DNA of 63,971 nucleotides, the filler included, from Ionaspis alba (Eukaryota): assembly GCA_964255285.1 (NCBI GenBank). It is 3 parts of 3 records of this genome, joined end to end, with 100 filler letters (N's around TTAATTAATTAA, not from the genome) between each part and the next. Parts side by side here need not be neighbours in the genome. Positions count along the whole stretch, not along the records: positions 22,156 to 44,157 come from CAXUUL010000217.1; 2 more parts are not named here. The stretch is one strand, 5' to 3'. The position numbers and the translations under genes are program-made. The notes below the pieces were generated by a model, which worked only from the letters and a program-made list of their open reading frames with translations, ran no database searches and was not told the DNA's origin. This document shows, piece by piece, positions 27,967 through 39,486 of the stretch (positions are counted from its first letter, which is position 1; each line of letters opens with the position of its first letter).

Positions 27967-30132
27967 TCATACAGCAAAGCCCCCAGACTCACTTTGTCTT
28001 GGCTCTCCAGCTGCTTCCCAAGTACCGTTCCATAGCCACCGCACCGCTTGTGCAGAACTATAGCCGGGAGGTACCCAGGAGACATTGTGACCTCTTGTTT
28101 TCATGAACTCTACGGTCGCGTTGTCGTATCCTTCCACCTTGCCGGTCCCAATGCCAGACTCCGCCCTGTTTTCTATTGTATTGCTGCCCGATGAATTTGC
28201 GTCTGCCGCCGATGCCCATTCGAAGCTGACGATATTTGGGATAAGCTGGTCATGAAATCGTGGTCGAGAAAGAGCCTGTGGAGCAGTCATACCATGACCC
28301 AGTACATGCCAGAGGTTCTGGATTGTAGCTGTGATGATGCGGGACCCGCCTGCAGCCCCCACTACGTAGTATAAGGACCGATTGGAAAAATGCTCCACAA
28401 TTGTAGGAGTAACGGAAGACAATGGTCGTTTACCGGGGCGAATATAATTAGCTGGCGAAGGAACGTAGCCGAAAGCATTTTTCTTCTTTGGAATGGAAAA
28501 GTCTGCATATGTGAATAGGGAGTTGAACCCACAAGTGCGAGGATTTATTTACCATTCATTTCGTTATTCATTATAACACCCGTTTCGGGCACGATAAGCT
28601 TCGACCCGAATATTAGGTTGATTGTATTTGTGAGGGATATAGCCATGCCCGATGAGTCTCCAGTAACGATATGGGATGTGCCATGACTTCAAAGTTGTTA
28701 GTCCAGCAGTTTTTTTTGTTACGGATTTGGGACCTACTCCTCCAAACTCTCAAGCCCCGCTGGATCATAATCAGAAACATTTAAGGTCTTCTCATCCGAG
28801 ATTTTAGCTCGTTTCCGTGCAGCGGAGGTCTCGTTCAGCATCTCGCTCTCGTGTGGGGAAATGCTTTCAAGAAAATCCGGATCTCCTAAGCTGGTTCTCT
28901 TTCGCAAGTCAGCTTCCTGGAAGATTCTTGGGGGAAAAGTTCTCTGACCTCTCCATATCCAAAACGAATGGCTTCATCTAATCGATGTGTGCTTAAGTTG
29001 AGCTTCTTCGAGTCATCGAATCCGTCATACCCTTCTATGGTCTTCAAAACACTCAGCGCCACTGCGCCACTCGCCGGTGCTCCACAGCCAACGACTCGAA
29101 AACCTCTGTACCCGATCTCCAGCGGCTTCCTCCTGACCGCTTTGTATCTTTCCAGATCCTCGAGCGTCATAGTGCCGTTCGCAGTTTGAACCGCCTGGAC
29201 TGTAGCATTGGCAATAGCGCCCGTATAGAAGGCATTTGCACCTCCTTTCGCGATAGCTTCTAACGTATCGGCGTACCTCTTCCTCGTCATTAAGTCGCCC
29301 AATTCTACACGTGTGCCATTCGGCGCAAAATCGATCGCCCACATTGGATCCTCGCGTAGAAAGTCATAATTTTGTGTAGCGAAATCCATGTATTTGATCA
29401 GATCATGGGAAACTGGAAATCCATGCCTCGCGAGTTGAACCGCAGGCTCTAAGACGGCTGACCAAGGTAGTTTTCCGTAGTTGGTATGCAGTACTTCAAG
29501 GCCACGAGTTTCTCCAGGAACCCCACTGAAAATCCAAAGTAAGCGCGGTGCCTTATCTCTATTCAGGCGACAGACCTGGCCAAGCCCCCAGTCACCGAAC
29601 CTTCTATATTATCCTTATACATATCTTCAAACGCAGCCGAAGGTGCCGTTTCCCGAAAGTCTATAACCTCGTATGTCCCATTAGAAGCTCTAACGAGCAT
29701 GAAACCTCCTCCGCCAGGACCTGAGTGATACATCCCTGCCTACATCAGTGCCCGTACAGCTCACCACTCCCTATATAGAACTTACCAATAACGCCCACAC
29801 AAAAGACCGTACCAACCATCTAGCAGCGCCAGAGTCAGCCTCTTGATCACCACCTTGAACATAACCCACTCCTTCGATACCACTCGTCCCACCAGGAAAC
29901 GGGAATGCTTCCTACATACCGCATCGGCAGCATTACCACCCGCTTCTAGTAAATCGATCCCAATCCGACTACATATCTTGTTCTCTGAAGCCACGGCCCC
30001 AAGTGTTGCCTCACCCTTCGAAAGATCCAGGCTGGAAAGAGCGATCTTCGAGGCGGCGAAAGAGAAGGCTAACATAAGCGTGCCAGCGCAAACGGTGCTC
30101 GCCTTCATCGTGAGGATCGCAGGCCATTGCAT
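27967..30132 (-). CDS. Gamma-glutamyltranspeptidase (glutathione hydrolase), multi-exon, N-terminal signal/anchor
   Basis: [14 protein letters not shown]...[26 protein letters not shown], autocleavage HG|TSH Thr nucleophile, [13 protein letters not shown]. Confidence 0.93.
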
Positions 30133-30587
30133 AGTGGGAATAGGGTCGGATGCCCATTATGTTGGCAATGCCATCTGGTACACGGTCATGGGGTAGCGGA
30201 GCAATAGAGTCTCAAAGGAACGGAATTAGAGTTACAGATAAGGTTGCATAGCAAGGCAAGGCTTAGCCGAGCTCGGAAGGTTCACGAATAAGGGTTTGTC
30301 TTGAGAGGAACAGCTTCGGAGACGTTCCAATCAACGAACTGCCTACTCAGTAAATCTCATTCAGTACTATGGTACAAATGTAAGGTTTTGTCATACGCTA
30401 TGTCTGATACGACCCAACCCTTATGGTGACTACGGAGCTCGATTAGAGTAGCTTGTAGGAGGTCCGGCGCTAACGAGTCACACGTGCCATACTCCTGCCA
30501 TCGGCTGTACGCATCGATAGTGATGATGCCCTCAAAGTTACCGCTTCAAGAGAGATCCATCTCTCCTTCTCGATCATTGTCCTCTAC

Positions 30588-32981
30588 CTATCTCGGGATA
30601 TCGCCAAAACTGCGATTCACGTTCATTTCTCTCACATCTCCAGCCCGTGATTCCGTGCTATCGCCACTCCTCCCAAGCCCGAGCTCGCTCAATACGTTTG
30701 GTGCCGCCAACCTCAGTATGTCCTCTCCTACCCTAATGCATACTTTGTTCAAGCTCGGCGAAAACGGACTCAAATTCGGGTCCACATCCATATCCGGACT
30801 TTTGTTGGATTGAGCTTCAGCCTCCGCCGATGCTGCTTCAGAGCTAACTGCAAAGCACTTGACATTTTCGTCCTCGTCTACTGTCACATTTGGCCTCGAC
30901 CCTTTGTTCTTGTCGGCTATACCTATCATCGAGAAAACGTTGTGTATGGTACCAACCCAAACAGTCTCACTCACGGGCTCTGGGGCTGGCGTCTCTTCCC
31001 TGATCAATCGCCCCTTTTCATCGTATATTTTGGCGTGACGAGCGCCCTTTGTTATCCGCATCGAATGCATGATCTTGGCATATAGGGTGTTGATCACCCA
31101 GCCATCATAGCTATCCAAACGCTCAAAGGGACCGACGCCCAGGTCTTTGAGCCACCGAAGTGGCAGAACAACATTATTTGTGAATGTCCATGGTAAAGCC
31201 TTGGTATGATCAACATCAACAGAAGTGGGGGATGAAGGATACAAGGGAGGATCTCCATCGTTTTCATGTCTTTTGTCACTATAAGGGCGTCGTAAGTCTC
31301 CGTTCAGCCAACGCAGTTCTGGCAAGTCCAAAGGGTGTACGTTTTGATCCATTGCCAACGAGAACACTCGTACAAGGACTCGATCATAGAGGCAACGCGC
31401 TTTGGGATGAACCAGAAGCTCTTCAGACTCCGACTTCATGCGGTCCCTGTTCATGATTATTGACCCGTTGATATGCGATGTGTGTATATCAGCTTCGACT
31501 CCTGTCTTGCACAGACTATCATGGTAGTCATTCGAGAATTCAAAACAATCCCTAGAGCAGAATATCACCTCGCAACAATTCTTGCAGTGGCGAAAGTCGG
31601 GCTTATCTTTCAATCTCTGAGACAGTTCACCAAGATCCTCTTCCAGGGCTGGGCTTTGTGATCTTTGCCAATGTGGAGGTGGCGTAGGTGGACGTGACAG
31701 TGACGGAGAGTGCGACAAAAGATCCTCATCAAGCTCGCGCACTGCTAATTGGCCCTCTACTGATGACCTTTGACTTTGCGAGTGCTTGTTGTCAGACGAT
31801 AACTTTGACAGGAAAAGGTCCCTCGCCTTTTGTGGCATGACTAGGATCGCAGCACATGTATCGCAGTAGAAATCACCAAAGAGCGTATTGGGAGCGGTTG
31901 TGACCTGAAGGAGACTGCCCTCTGACAAAACTGTTTCCCCAGCAAAGATGTCCCTTGCGGCTATCAGTCTTAGGCTTGCCCCGGCGTCCATGGTCGCAGG
32001 CGTTGAGCGAACTGTGCACGATTTCGCTGCATCATCCGCATACGCCTCGAGTTCCTGGACATTAACATACTTCGCCATGTCTGGTGCTTTCTTGTTCCAT
32101 GGATAGAGTACTCGATTTACCACCGCGGCCTTCGTCTTCATCATCCAGATCGTCTCATCTTCACCGTGCTCTGAGAACGAGCATGTCATACTCCACGATA
32201 TCTGATTCCCCAAGGTCAAGAAAGCGTCCTTCTCAAAGCGAGTGAGCGTATATTGAGGTCCTTTAGGACGAACTCGGAGGGTATCCTCAACTAGACCCAG
32301 CGCGTCAGACAGCGCACCACCGCCACATGCCCAAAGCGCACCGCTCATCCGAAAGATAGCTCGTAGCTCCAAAGCATTCCAGGTAAGCGTCTTCTCCACG
32401 CTGATGTCCGGTGGAGGTGCCAAGAGAACACTCGCCAACGGGGCGCTGAGCCATCCAGTACCGATATAACAGGAAGGTTCGAGCGTCCACGGCTCCTCAG
32501 ACTGCAAGTGCAGATCTTCTGCGCGCAGGTACTTCAGCACGGCCTTTTTGACCTCTTGTTCCTCAGTCGATGAACGACGAGTTGCTCGAATACTGTGAGT
32601 GACCACTGCGGCTCGATATGCATCTGTGACTGCTAGCTCGGGATACCCCAGAGCAAGGTAGGCGAGTGACCGGTTCAGGAAAGCGCAGACATGTCCTGGA
32701 GACACACCGTAGAGAATCCTAGTGTATAGTCGAAGGGCCTCTTCAGCGTTTCCGGTTGCGAGCAAAGCATTTGCTCTGAAGAGGAGGTCGTCAGGACCGT
32801 TGTGGCTGTGAATCAGGCGCAACGTGGGCTTTGCCATTCCGTGCTTGAAGTTCAATATGAAGCAGACTTCGAAGCGTATGGTTGAAGGAAGTGTTGATTC
32901 AGGCTTTGTTACTTCCAGCATCGCCATTTCGCGGTCACACGAGGTGCACGACGCGTTTCCAGAAACAACACAGTGTTCCAT
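30588..32981 (-). CDS. TPR + split SET + MYND-type zinc-finger protein (SMYD-like); true start may be ATG at 32837
   Basis: N-terminal TPR (FLNRSLAYLALGYPELAVTDAYRA), SET N-half LIAARDIFAGETVLSE, CDTC...CKNC..VIFCSRDC.....YHDSLC. Confidence 0.75.
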   Translation of the reverse strand: MEHCVVSGNASCTSCDREMAMLEVTKPESTLPSTIRFEVCFILNFKHGMAKPTLRLIHSHNGPDDLLFRANALLATGNAEEALRLYTRILYGVSPGHVCAFLNRSLAYLALGYPELAVTDAYRAAVVTHSIRATRRSSTEEQEVKKAVLKYLRAEDLHLQSEEPWTLEPSCYIGTGWLSAPLASVLLAPPPDISVEKTLTWNALELRAIFRMSGALWACGGGALSDALGLVEDTLRVRPKGPQYTLTRFEKDAFLTLGNQISWSMTCSFSEHGEDETIWMMKTKAAVVNRVLYPWNKKAPDMAKYVNVQELEAYADDAAKSCTVRSTPATMDAGASLRLIAARDIFAGETVLSEGSLLQVTTAPNTLFGDFYCDTCAAILVMPQKARDLFLSKLSSDNKHSQSQRSSVEGQLAVRELDEDLLSHSPSLSRPPTPPPHWQRSQSPALEEDLGELSQRLKDKPDFRHCKNCCEVIFCSRDCFEFSNDYHDSLCKTGVEADIHTSHINGSIIMNRDRMKSESEELLVHPKARCLYDRVLVRVFSLAMDQNVHPLDLPELRWLNGDLRRPYSDKRHENDGDPPLYPSSPTSVDVDHTKALPWTFTNNVVLPLRWLKDLGVGPFERLDSYDGWVINTLYAKIMHSMRITKGARHAKIYDEKGRLIREETPAPEPVSETVWVGTIHNVFSMIGIADKNKGSRPNVTVDEDENVKCFAVSSEAASAEAEAQSNKSPDMDVDPNLSPFSPSLNKVCIRVGEDILRLAAPNVLSELGLGRSGDSTESRAGDVREMNVNRSFGDIPR

Positions 32982-33373
32982 AGCCTAAAAGCCATGATAT
33001 GTAGTTCTTTCCAGTAACGTCACCATTGAAGTCTAGTGCATTCCTCCGTAGTAATTTGACCTCGAGATACCAGCTCCTAGCCTTTCATGGTCATGACTAT
33101 CAACTGTCTTCTTCCTGTCTATGTCTTCGCATGCCATGGTCGGATGATGCTCTTGCTCTGGAGACTCCTTGTCGATAATCCGCTGGCAAAATGCAGGAAG
33201 CTACACTGGAATTGCTTGTGAGCAACTGACCACTGTACCAGAGAGGAAGAGTCGACTCCAATGCATCAGGACACCTGTCCATTTACGCCACTTCAAATAT
33301 TTGGATGTCATTGGCAATATCAATCCACAGACATTGGAAACAAGCAAGGAGTCCGAATAAAAGCTTGAATAAA

Positions 33374-34155
33374 TCACGCAGTTGGAACCGATCCGAGCCA
33401 TGCCCAAGTGACGTCGACTCTTCCTCTCGCCGCATCAGCCAATTCTCCAAAAGCTCCTGGGCTAACGTCCAGATCTGTGGGTAAACATCCAGTACCCATG
33501 GCATATCAGCCTAAGTTACCGAGGAATCGAGCGCAGCTGACTTACAGCGATCAACCACCATCAGATCCACACTTCTGTTCTCCTTGACCTGCTCGTAGAA
33601 TCTTTCCGCACGAATCATCAATTTACAGAGCGGATTGGCATTCGGATTTGAGCCTACAGAGTAGTGATCAAACAGACTATGGGCAACCGAGACAACGTGG
33701 TCACCGTCAGAAGACGTGATGCCGCAAGCACCAAGGCCAGGACCGTAATACGTAAGTTGTCCCGTAAAACTTGAATGATCGGAGGGAAGAGGCAGAAATT
33801 GATGAGACCTGCGTGGCATCAGAACGAATGCTCGAGGTGCTCGGAACACGATGGCTCACTGATTACTGCTCGTAAGACCAATGGAAAGTCCTAGGATGAT
33901 CGCGAAAAGAATGACAGTGATGGTGCTGGCTGCAACGAGGCACGCACGTCTGCTGAGGTAGAAGTAAGTCCTATTCTTAGGCACCCATCGATCGAGAACG
34001 TCGAGCGTCCGAGTGCGAAGAGTCACCCGGTGATTAGGACTATGAAACTCGCTGTGACGTGGCCTGTGACTTGTTCCAACGTTGTGCGTTTCTGGAACCT
34101 CCCAGTCTGGCAACTGTGCTTCCCGAAGTTCTCGTGGACTTCTGGAGACCGCCAT
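33374..34155 (-). CDS. Membrane-anchored RlpA-like double-psi beta-barrel (expansin/loosenin-like) protein
   Basis: TM helix, then FTGQLTYYGPGLGACG...NPNANPLC...VVDRC-TGCLPTDLDVSPGAF...GRVDVTWAW. Exons 34155-33860, 33808-33546, 33495-33374; the last acceptor reads TGG, not YAG. Confidence 0.82.
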
Positions 34156-35198
34156 GAAAGATCAAGTGTACTGGGGGTCCTCAGAAGATCTGGAACATCT
34201 GACGGTCAATCGAAGCCAACCCTCAATAGAACGAATGATGAACAGTGGGACTAAACATGGGTCATCCAAAAAGCAATCGCAGCAATGCACAAAGCTTCAC
34301 AAGACAAGTAGTCATTCGACCCTGAGGCTGACACACTCCAGATTTGGCAGCTCCCGAGATGCTGTGCTTGACATCGAGAATATGTAATAATGGTCAGATT
34401 GGCGCTATTAGTGGCGAAGCGACATCAAAATAGTATTGCATTCCACAACGTCGCACTTTCTGAATCGACCAAGTCTCTTTTGTAGTGCTATTCTGGCAGG
34501 CTTCTGGTGGCTAGAGTTGGCAATCCCTTCCTCATGCACTCATATACTTCAAGATAGTGACTGAATTACGCATACACTGAAACTTCCGAATTATTGACCA
34601 ATATAGTTGCAGTCTTGTCGGTGCAGATCGTGGTTTGAGTCGCTGGCACAGAATTTGCTGGAAGTTCGTCCAATTAGATTCCTGTGACATACGAATCCAG
34701 CACAGAAAGTAATTTGGCGGTGTGAATAGCAGCACATCCGTGCTGAATCAAGCGCCGCCTGTTACAGAAGGGTTGAAGATCAGAGCCTCTAGATTACTCG
34801 CAGGCTCAAGCGATTGTAGATCCAGATCTTGTGGCTGGCTGACCAGGAACCTCAAATAGCTTAGCTTGGCATTGAGGTACACTGCTTCTTGCACATTAAG
34901 ACATTTTCCCTCCTGTATAGGAACTGCTTCCGCTCCCTATTCGCCGATCATGTCGCAGTCTGGCACCATTCCACAATATTGCTGTCTCATCGTGCACCTC
35001 CCCGTGCACCACGCCATGCACGGGCTTCCTCTCCCGCAGTCGAAGGAGCGTCTTGGGTGGATTCCACAACCCACAATATAAAGCATTCACTTCTGCACCT
35101 CGAAGCAGCCCTCAGTAGGACCTTTTGATTCTCATAGACCGACAGCTCCCAATCTATTCCAAATCTTACCACTGGTCTCGATAGCTTGTTTATGAGCC

Positions 35199-37103
35199 AT
35201 GTCTTTCTATAACGATAAATTTGCTCAGGGAGGGTTCAAAAATCCTCCTCCCATGAAGCGTCTAGTTGTGTGCTGTGATGGTACATGGCAGGCTTCGAAT
35301 CAAGGCGTTCAAGCTGTCCCATCCAACGTGGCAAAGATCTCCAGGGCTTTGGCCAAGCACGGGAATGATGGTGTTGACGCGAAAGGGCCTCCAGTCCCTC
35401 AGATCGTCTATTACGACGCTGGTGTCGGGACGGCGATGGGGGTAAATCTCCTTTAATAGTACGATCCGCAGACAAATGCTGATAGAAAACAGTGGATCGA
35501 GAAGCGGTATGCTGGTATATGACAGCCCTCTCATTCTATTTATGGCCCCCAATATTCATATACTGTGTTGCATTTCTGCTGTAACCTACGTTAAAGAGTG
35601 ATCGTCCGTTCTTCCAGGTTTATAAATCCTGGTCCTATCTCTCATTCCAATGTTGACATTCTCGGGTCTGTCTCTAGGTGGATTGGGGGAAGGTCTTAGC
35701 GAGAACGTCTGCGAAGCATATAACTTTCTTGCAAACAACTACTGTCCAGGTGACGAAGTCTACTTCTTCGGTTTCTCTCGTGGGGCGTTCACAGTCAGAG
35801 CCACAGCCGGTCTTGTCGCCCAGATTGGTCTCTGCGAGAATTCAGCCATGGACCAATTTTGGGAAATGTATACTGCGTATAAACAGAGAAAGAGTGAAGA
35901 GAAGCTGAGAGACACAGCATGGGGTAAATCGGAGGCTGGCCAAGATTGGCTGAGCAAAACACAAAAGGGAGTCAACATTGTGGTAGTTGGTGTTTGGGAC
36001 ACCGTTGGCTCGCTGGGATGGCCAGACTTCAGCTGGCTCAACCTTCCTTGGACTAGCAAAGCCTATGGCTTCCACAACACAGAGATACATCCTGGTAAGC
36101 ATTCTTGGTCGTACTCATGGCTTATGCTGGGACAAGAATGAGGTTTCAAAATGACCCTGATTTCATTTCATCCTCTTATACAGCTGACAAATACAAAGAC
36201 ATAAAAAATGCATTCCATGCATTAGCTCTTGACGAACGCCGTGCACCGTTTTCGCCTACCTTGTGGACTCTACCGAAACATCAAAAATCCACCAATCTAA
36301 TCCAATGTTGGTTCCCAGGAGTTCATATCAACATAGGTGGTGGTAGCGACGATGGTATCAAAGATCGGAAAGGCGATTTGGAGTCCATGGCCAACACCAC
36401 GTTTGCCTGGATGGTAGATAGAATCCAGCAGTATTCGAACCTCGAATTCGATCCTCTGGCTTTGCATGCTATCATGCGAAGATATGCCCACTCGTTACAA
36501 GAGCTCATCAAAAACGCTCCGGAAGATGTCTCGGGTGGGGAAGGCAAGGTTCATCGTGGATGGGGCGTCGGACCGATCATAGACAGCTTTTCAGGCAGTC
36601 AGAAGCTCGCGGGCTCTGCAATCCGAACGCCGTGTCAATATGCTAAAGCCCCGAATACACTCAAGACGAATGAGTTCATTCATCCTGTCGTCGGTCATGC
36701 CACGGATCCAGCTCTGAAAACAGGTTACAAGCCCAAAGCTCTTGTGGACTATGAGCGAAAGGCCAAAGGCACCAACGAAGGCTTTGAGTACGTGCTTCGC
36801 AAGGACGCCTCAGCCTCGAGTTGGCTATGGAATTATGCATTCGGAAAGGCAACGAAATCACCCGACGGCGAGCAGCCAACCATCAGTATTCCCGAGTTCA
36901 AGATTCCGGCCTCGCCTGCTCCACAGAAGCAGAGTATGGAGCGCTGGCTGATCTTGAGGGCGGATAGGGTAGGTGATGATACACAAGCTGGAGAATTGCA
37001 AGAAGTCAAATCCACCTCTGTCCGGCCAACGCCTGCAAGAGACTTTTTGAGGCAATTGGATAAGCAGCATGGGATTGTTGGGGACTATGGTGAGGGTCAA
37101 TGA
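35199..37103 (+). CDS. DUF2235 / Tle1-like alpha/beta-hydrolase domain protein
   Basis: KRLVVCCDGTWQ, SNVAK, YYDAGVGT, FFGFSRGAFTVR, GVWDTVGSLG, HALALDERR, WFPGVHINIGGG. Exons 35199-35441, 35493-35514 (22-nt microexon), 35678-36094, 36199-37103. Confidence 0.92.
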
Positions 37104-39297
37104 ATAGGATGCCGAATGGCACATTGTATATCCACTACGCACTCACGATGTCGTTCGAATATAAGATCTTCACTTATCTCACGTTTGCTCCAGCTTGACG
37201 TTAATTCTTGCGAAAGAAGGCAGCCTCTCGAAGACCTCAGTGGTCCATGATCAAACTCGGCTACTCGTTTCCACCCTTACATATCAGTCCTTTGTATTAT
37301 ATCTTGCCGTTGTTGATCATCATCCGCTTTCCGCTTCTGTTGATGCGCTAAGTGATTTTCGACCTTCCTTTGAATCCATTTTGTATGATGGTAAGTGACA
37401 TCAATTGAAATCAGATGTAGGATTCCATAACAAAGTCCAGCAAAGTCCCTACCGAGCTTCAATTAGTTGAGTGGTCGCCACACAGTCAATGATGAGTTGT
37501 GCTTTTGTTTCGACACCACGACCACTACCATATATCCCTGGCTCACACAATCTTGACATGCACGTCGCGGTCAAATAGAATCGGAGCACAGTAAACGACG
37601 ACTGTATCCGGGCACGCGGCTTACCAAATAGCTGGCAGGTTTTGTTCGAGGCGCGGCGCATAGAAATCTGCCAATTGTTTTTGCAAACCCCGTCCCGGGC
37701 CACCAAAACGACGCCAAGAGATGATTGTATGTTGGAATACCGACAGCGCCGCATGACCAAATCAAGGGCTACCATTCCAGTTCGTGGCGTATTTAGAATG
37801 CTGCATCGAAGGTCTGAAAGAGTAGATCGTCATTTGGAGAGAAACGCTAGAGCGAATCCTAACCTAGGGTAAGCACGATGAGATTGGATCTTTGAGGCAT
37901 GTACAATATCCAAGCTTGTGGGCGGGCAATGGCAGGACTGACAAGCTTGCTGTTGTCCATCTCCATGGCAATTCAGGTGCTTATGGGTACTTTCATGATG
38001 GACGACATTGGTGATTATGCAACGTGCAGGGCGCCCGGCATGGCGGCGGGCATGACGAAAAAGAAATGGACGTGAATTATCAAGTGCAACAACATCTTTC
38101 ATCGGAGAGTTTAGAGAGCACACTGTACATGGTCTTCTCAATACGCCACTTTGCGAAAGGCATATCAATCTTTGCGCAGAGCCACAGTAAGCTCTTCATC
38201 TTCAACACGAATTCGTCCGGCATTTCGTGCAAAGTGATTCATAGGTTCAAGACGTGAGGGAGGTTGTTGCTCTCCCGTACTGCGAAGGCGGTACTAGGAG
38301 GAATGGAATGTTACAACGACTACATGCTCTGCTATTAGGACGTTGAGGCGATTGTGACAGAAAGTTGACACATAGCCTTGTTGATGGAGAGACAGATCTG
38401 CTGAAAAATTCGCGCTTGCTGGGAGGAAAGTAGAATTGACATTGCTCAGGGAGGAAGGTTCACTGTCAGCCACGGACATATGCGATCAAGAACCTTCTAG
38501 GATGCTGTCCCAATTGGCACAAAAAGAGGTAATCATTGTCACAGTGTGCTCGAATAGTGAAGAGCCACGGTTCATTGATATGTTCACTCCGCCGGATCAT
38601 CGGCTCCTCTCGGAGAATTGAAAAAGGCCGCAGGGCATAAGACTCTACAAGAGCTAACCCTGAAAAAGAGTAGTGTAATCTTTCAATTCCCTCTTTCTTG
38701 GCGGATCGGAGCTCTTCCCTCATCTTCAATTTCTCGTGCCCTCTTCTCCACCTCTTCATGCATCTCATCCTACTGCAACACCCAATTGAGTATTCCTATT
38801 GAGCTCAGTTGATCACTAATAATAACTCTACACTGTAAGTCATCTACTTTCTTACCAAAAATTTCTACATTGCATCCCCATATTCCAAGCAAACCCCGCT
38901 TGTTCTGTCATCGCCCAGTGCGACCAGAAGCGGCTGGCGCGACTCCGGCCCAATCATTCCCTTCAATTTTTTGTATGCGATTTTGCGCAATGGACTCCCT
39001 TCAAGATCCAGTCTTGAGCTCCCCAGAGCGCAGCGGGCACAGCAACAGGATCGCATCAGCATGAGGTAATAGCTAATGCGCAGCCATAGGTCTCTCGAGT
39101 AACCTCATCGACTCCGTACTGAACCCCTCATCCTCACACGGTCTACGCCCTGCCAACAACCACGCCTAAAACTTTTTAGTAAGTTGCACTCAGACTGGCA
39201 CGCAAATCTAATTAGCAATCCTGCGTCTTCTCAAGGCGACCGAAGCTAATTTTCACGTTCTAAACAGACGTACAAGGATCCTCTTTCCAATCCAAAA

Positions 39298-39486
39298 ATG
39301 CCGGCACTCCCTCTTGCTCTCGTCCCTCGGGACACATCGATGCTCACAAAGCGCGCGAACTGGGCAGGGGAGAACCCCGGTGTCATCCTCGTCTTCGCAA
39401 TTGTTTTCATTGTCGGTGTCGGCCTCATCAGCTTGTTCATCTATAGAAAAATGCTCGCGCGCAGAGCAGCGCGACCAATCACCTAG
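39298..39486 (+). CDS. 62-aa single-pass membrane microprotein
   Basis: Strong AAAATG context; KRANWAGENPG, then a hydrophobic helix (VILVFAIVFIVGVGLISLFIY) and a basic stop-transfer tail (RKMLARRAAR). Confidence 0.72.
   Translation: MPALPLALVPRDTSMLTKRANWAGENPGVILVFAIVFIVGVGLISLFIYRKMLARRAARPIT

Noticed and set aside
35515..35677. Internal CAG|GTTTAT in DUF2235 intron 2 as a recursive splice site or stwintron
   Set aside because: Donor and branch signals are weak; a single ordinary intron explains the frame.
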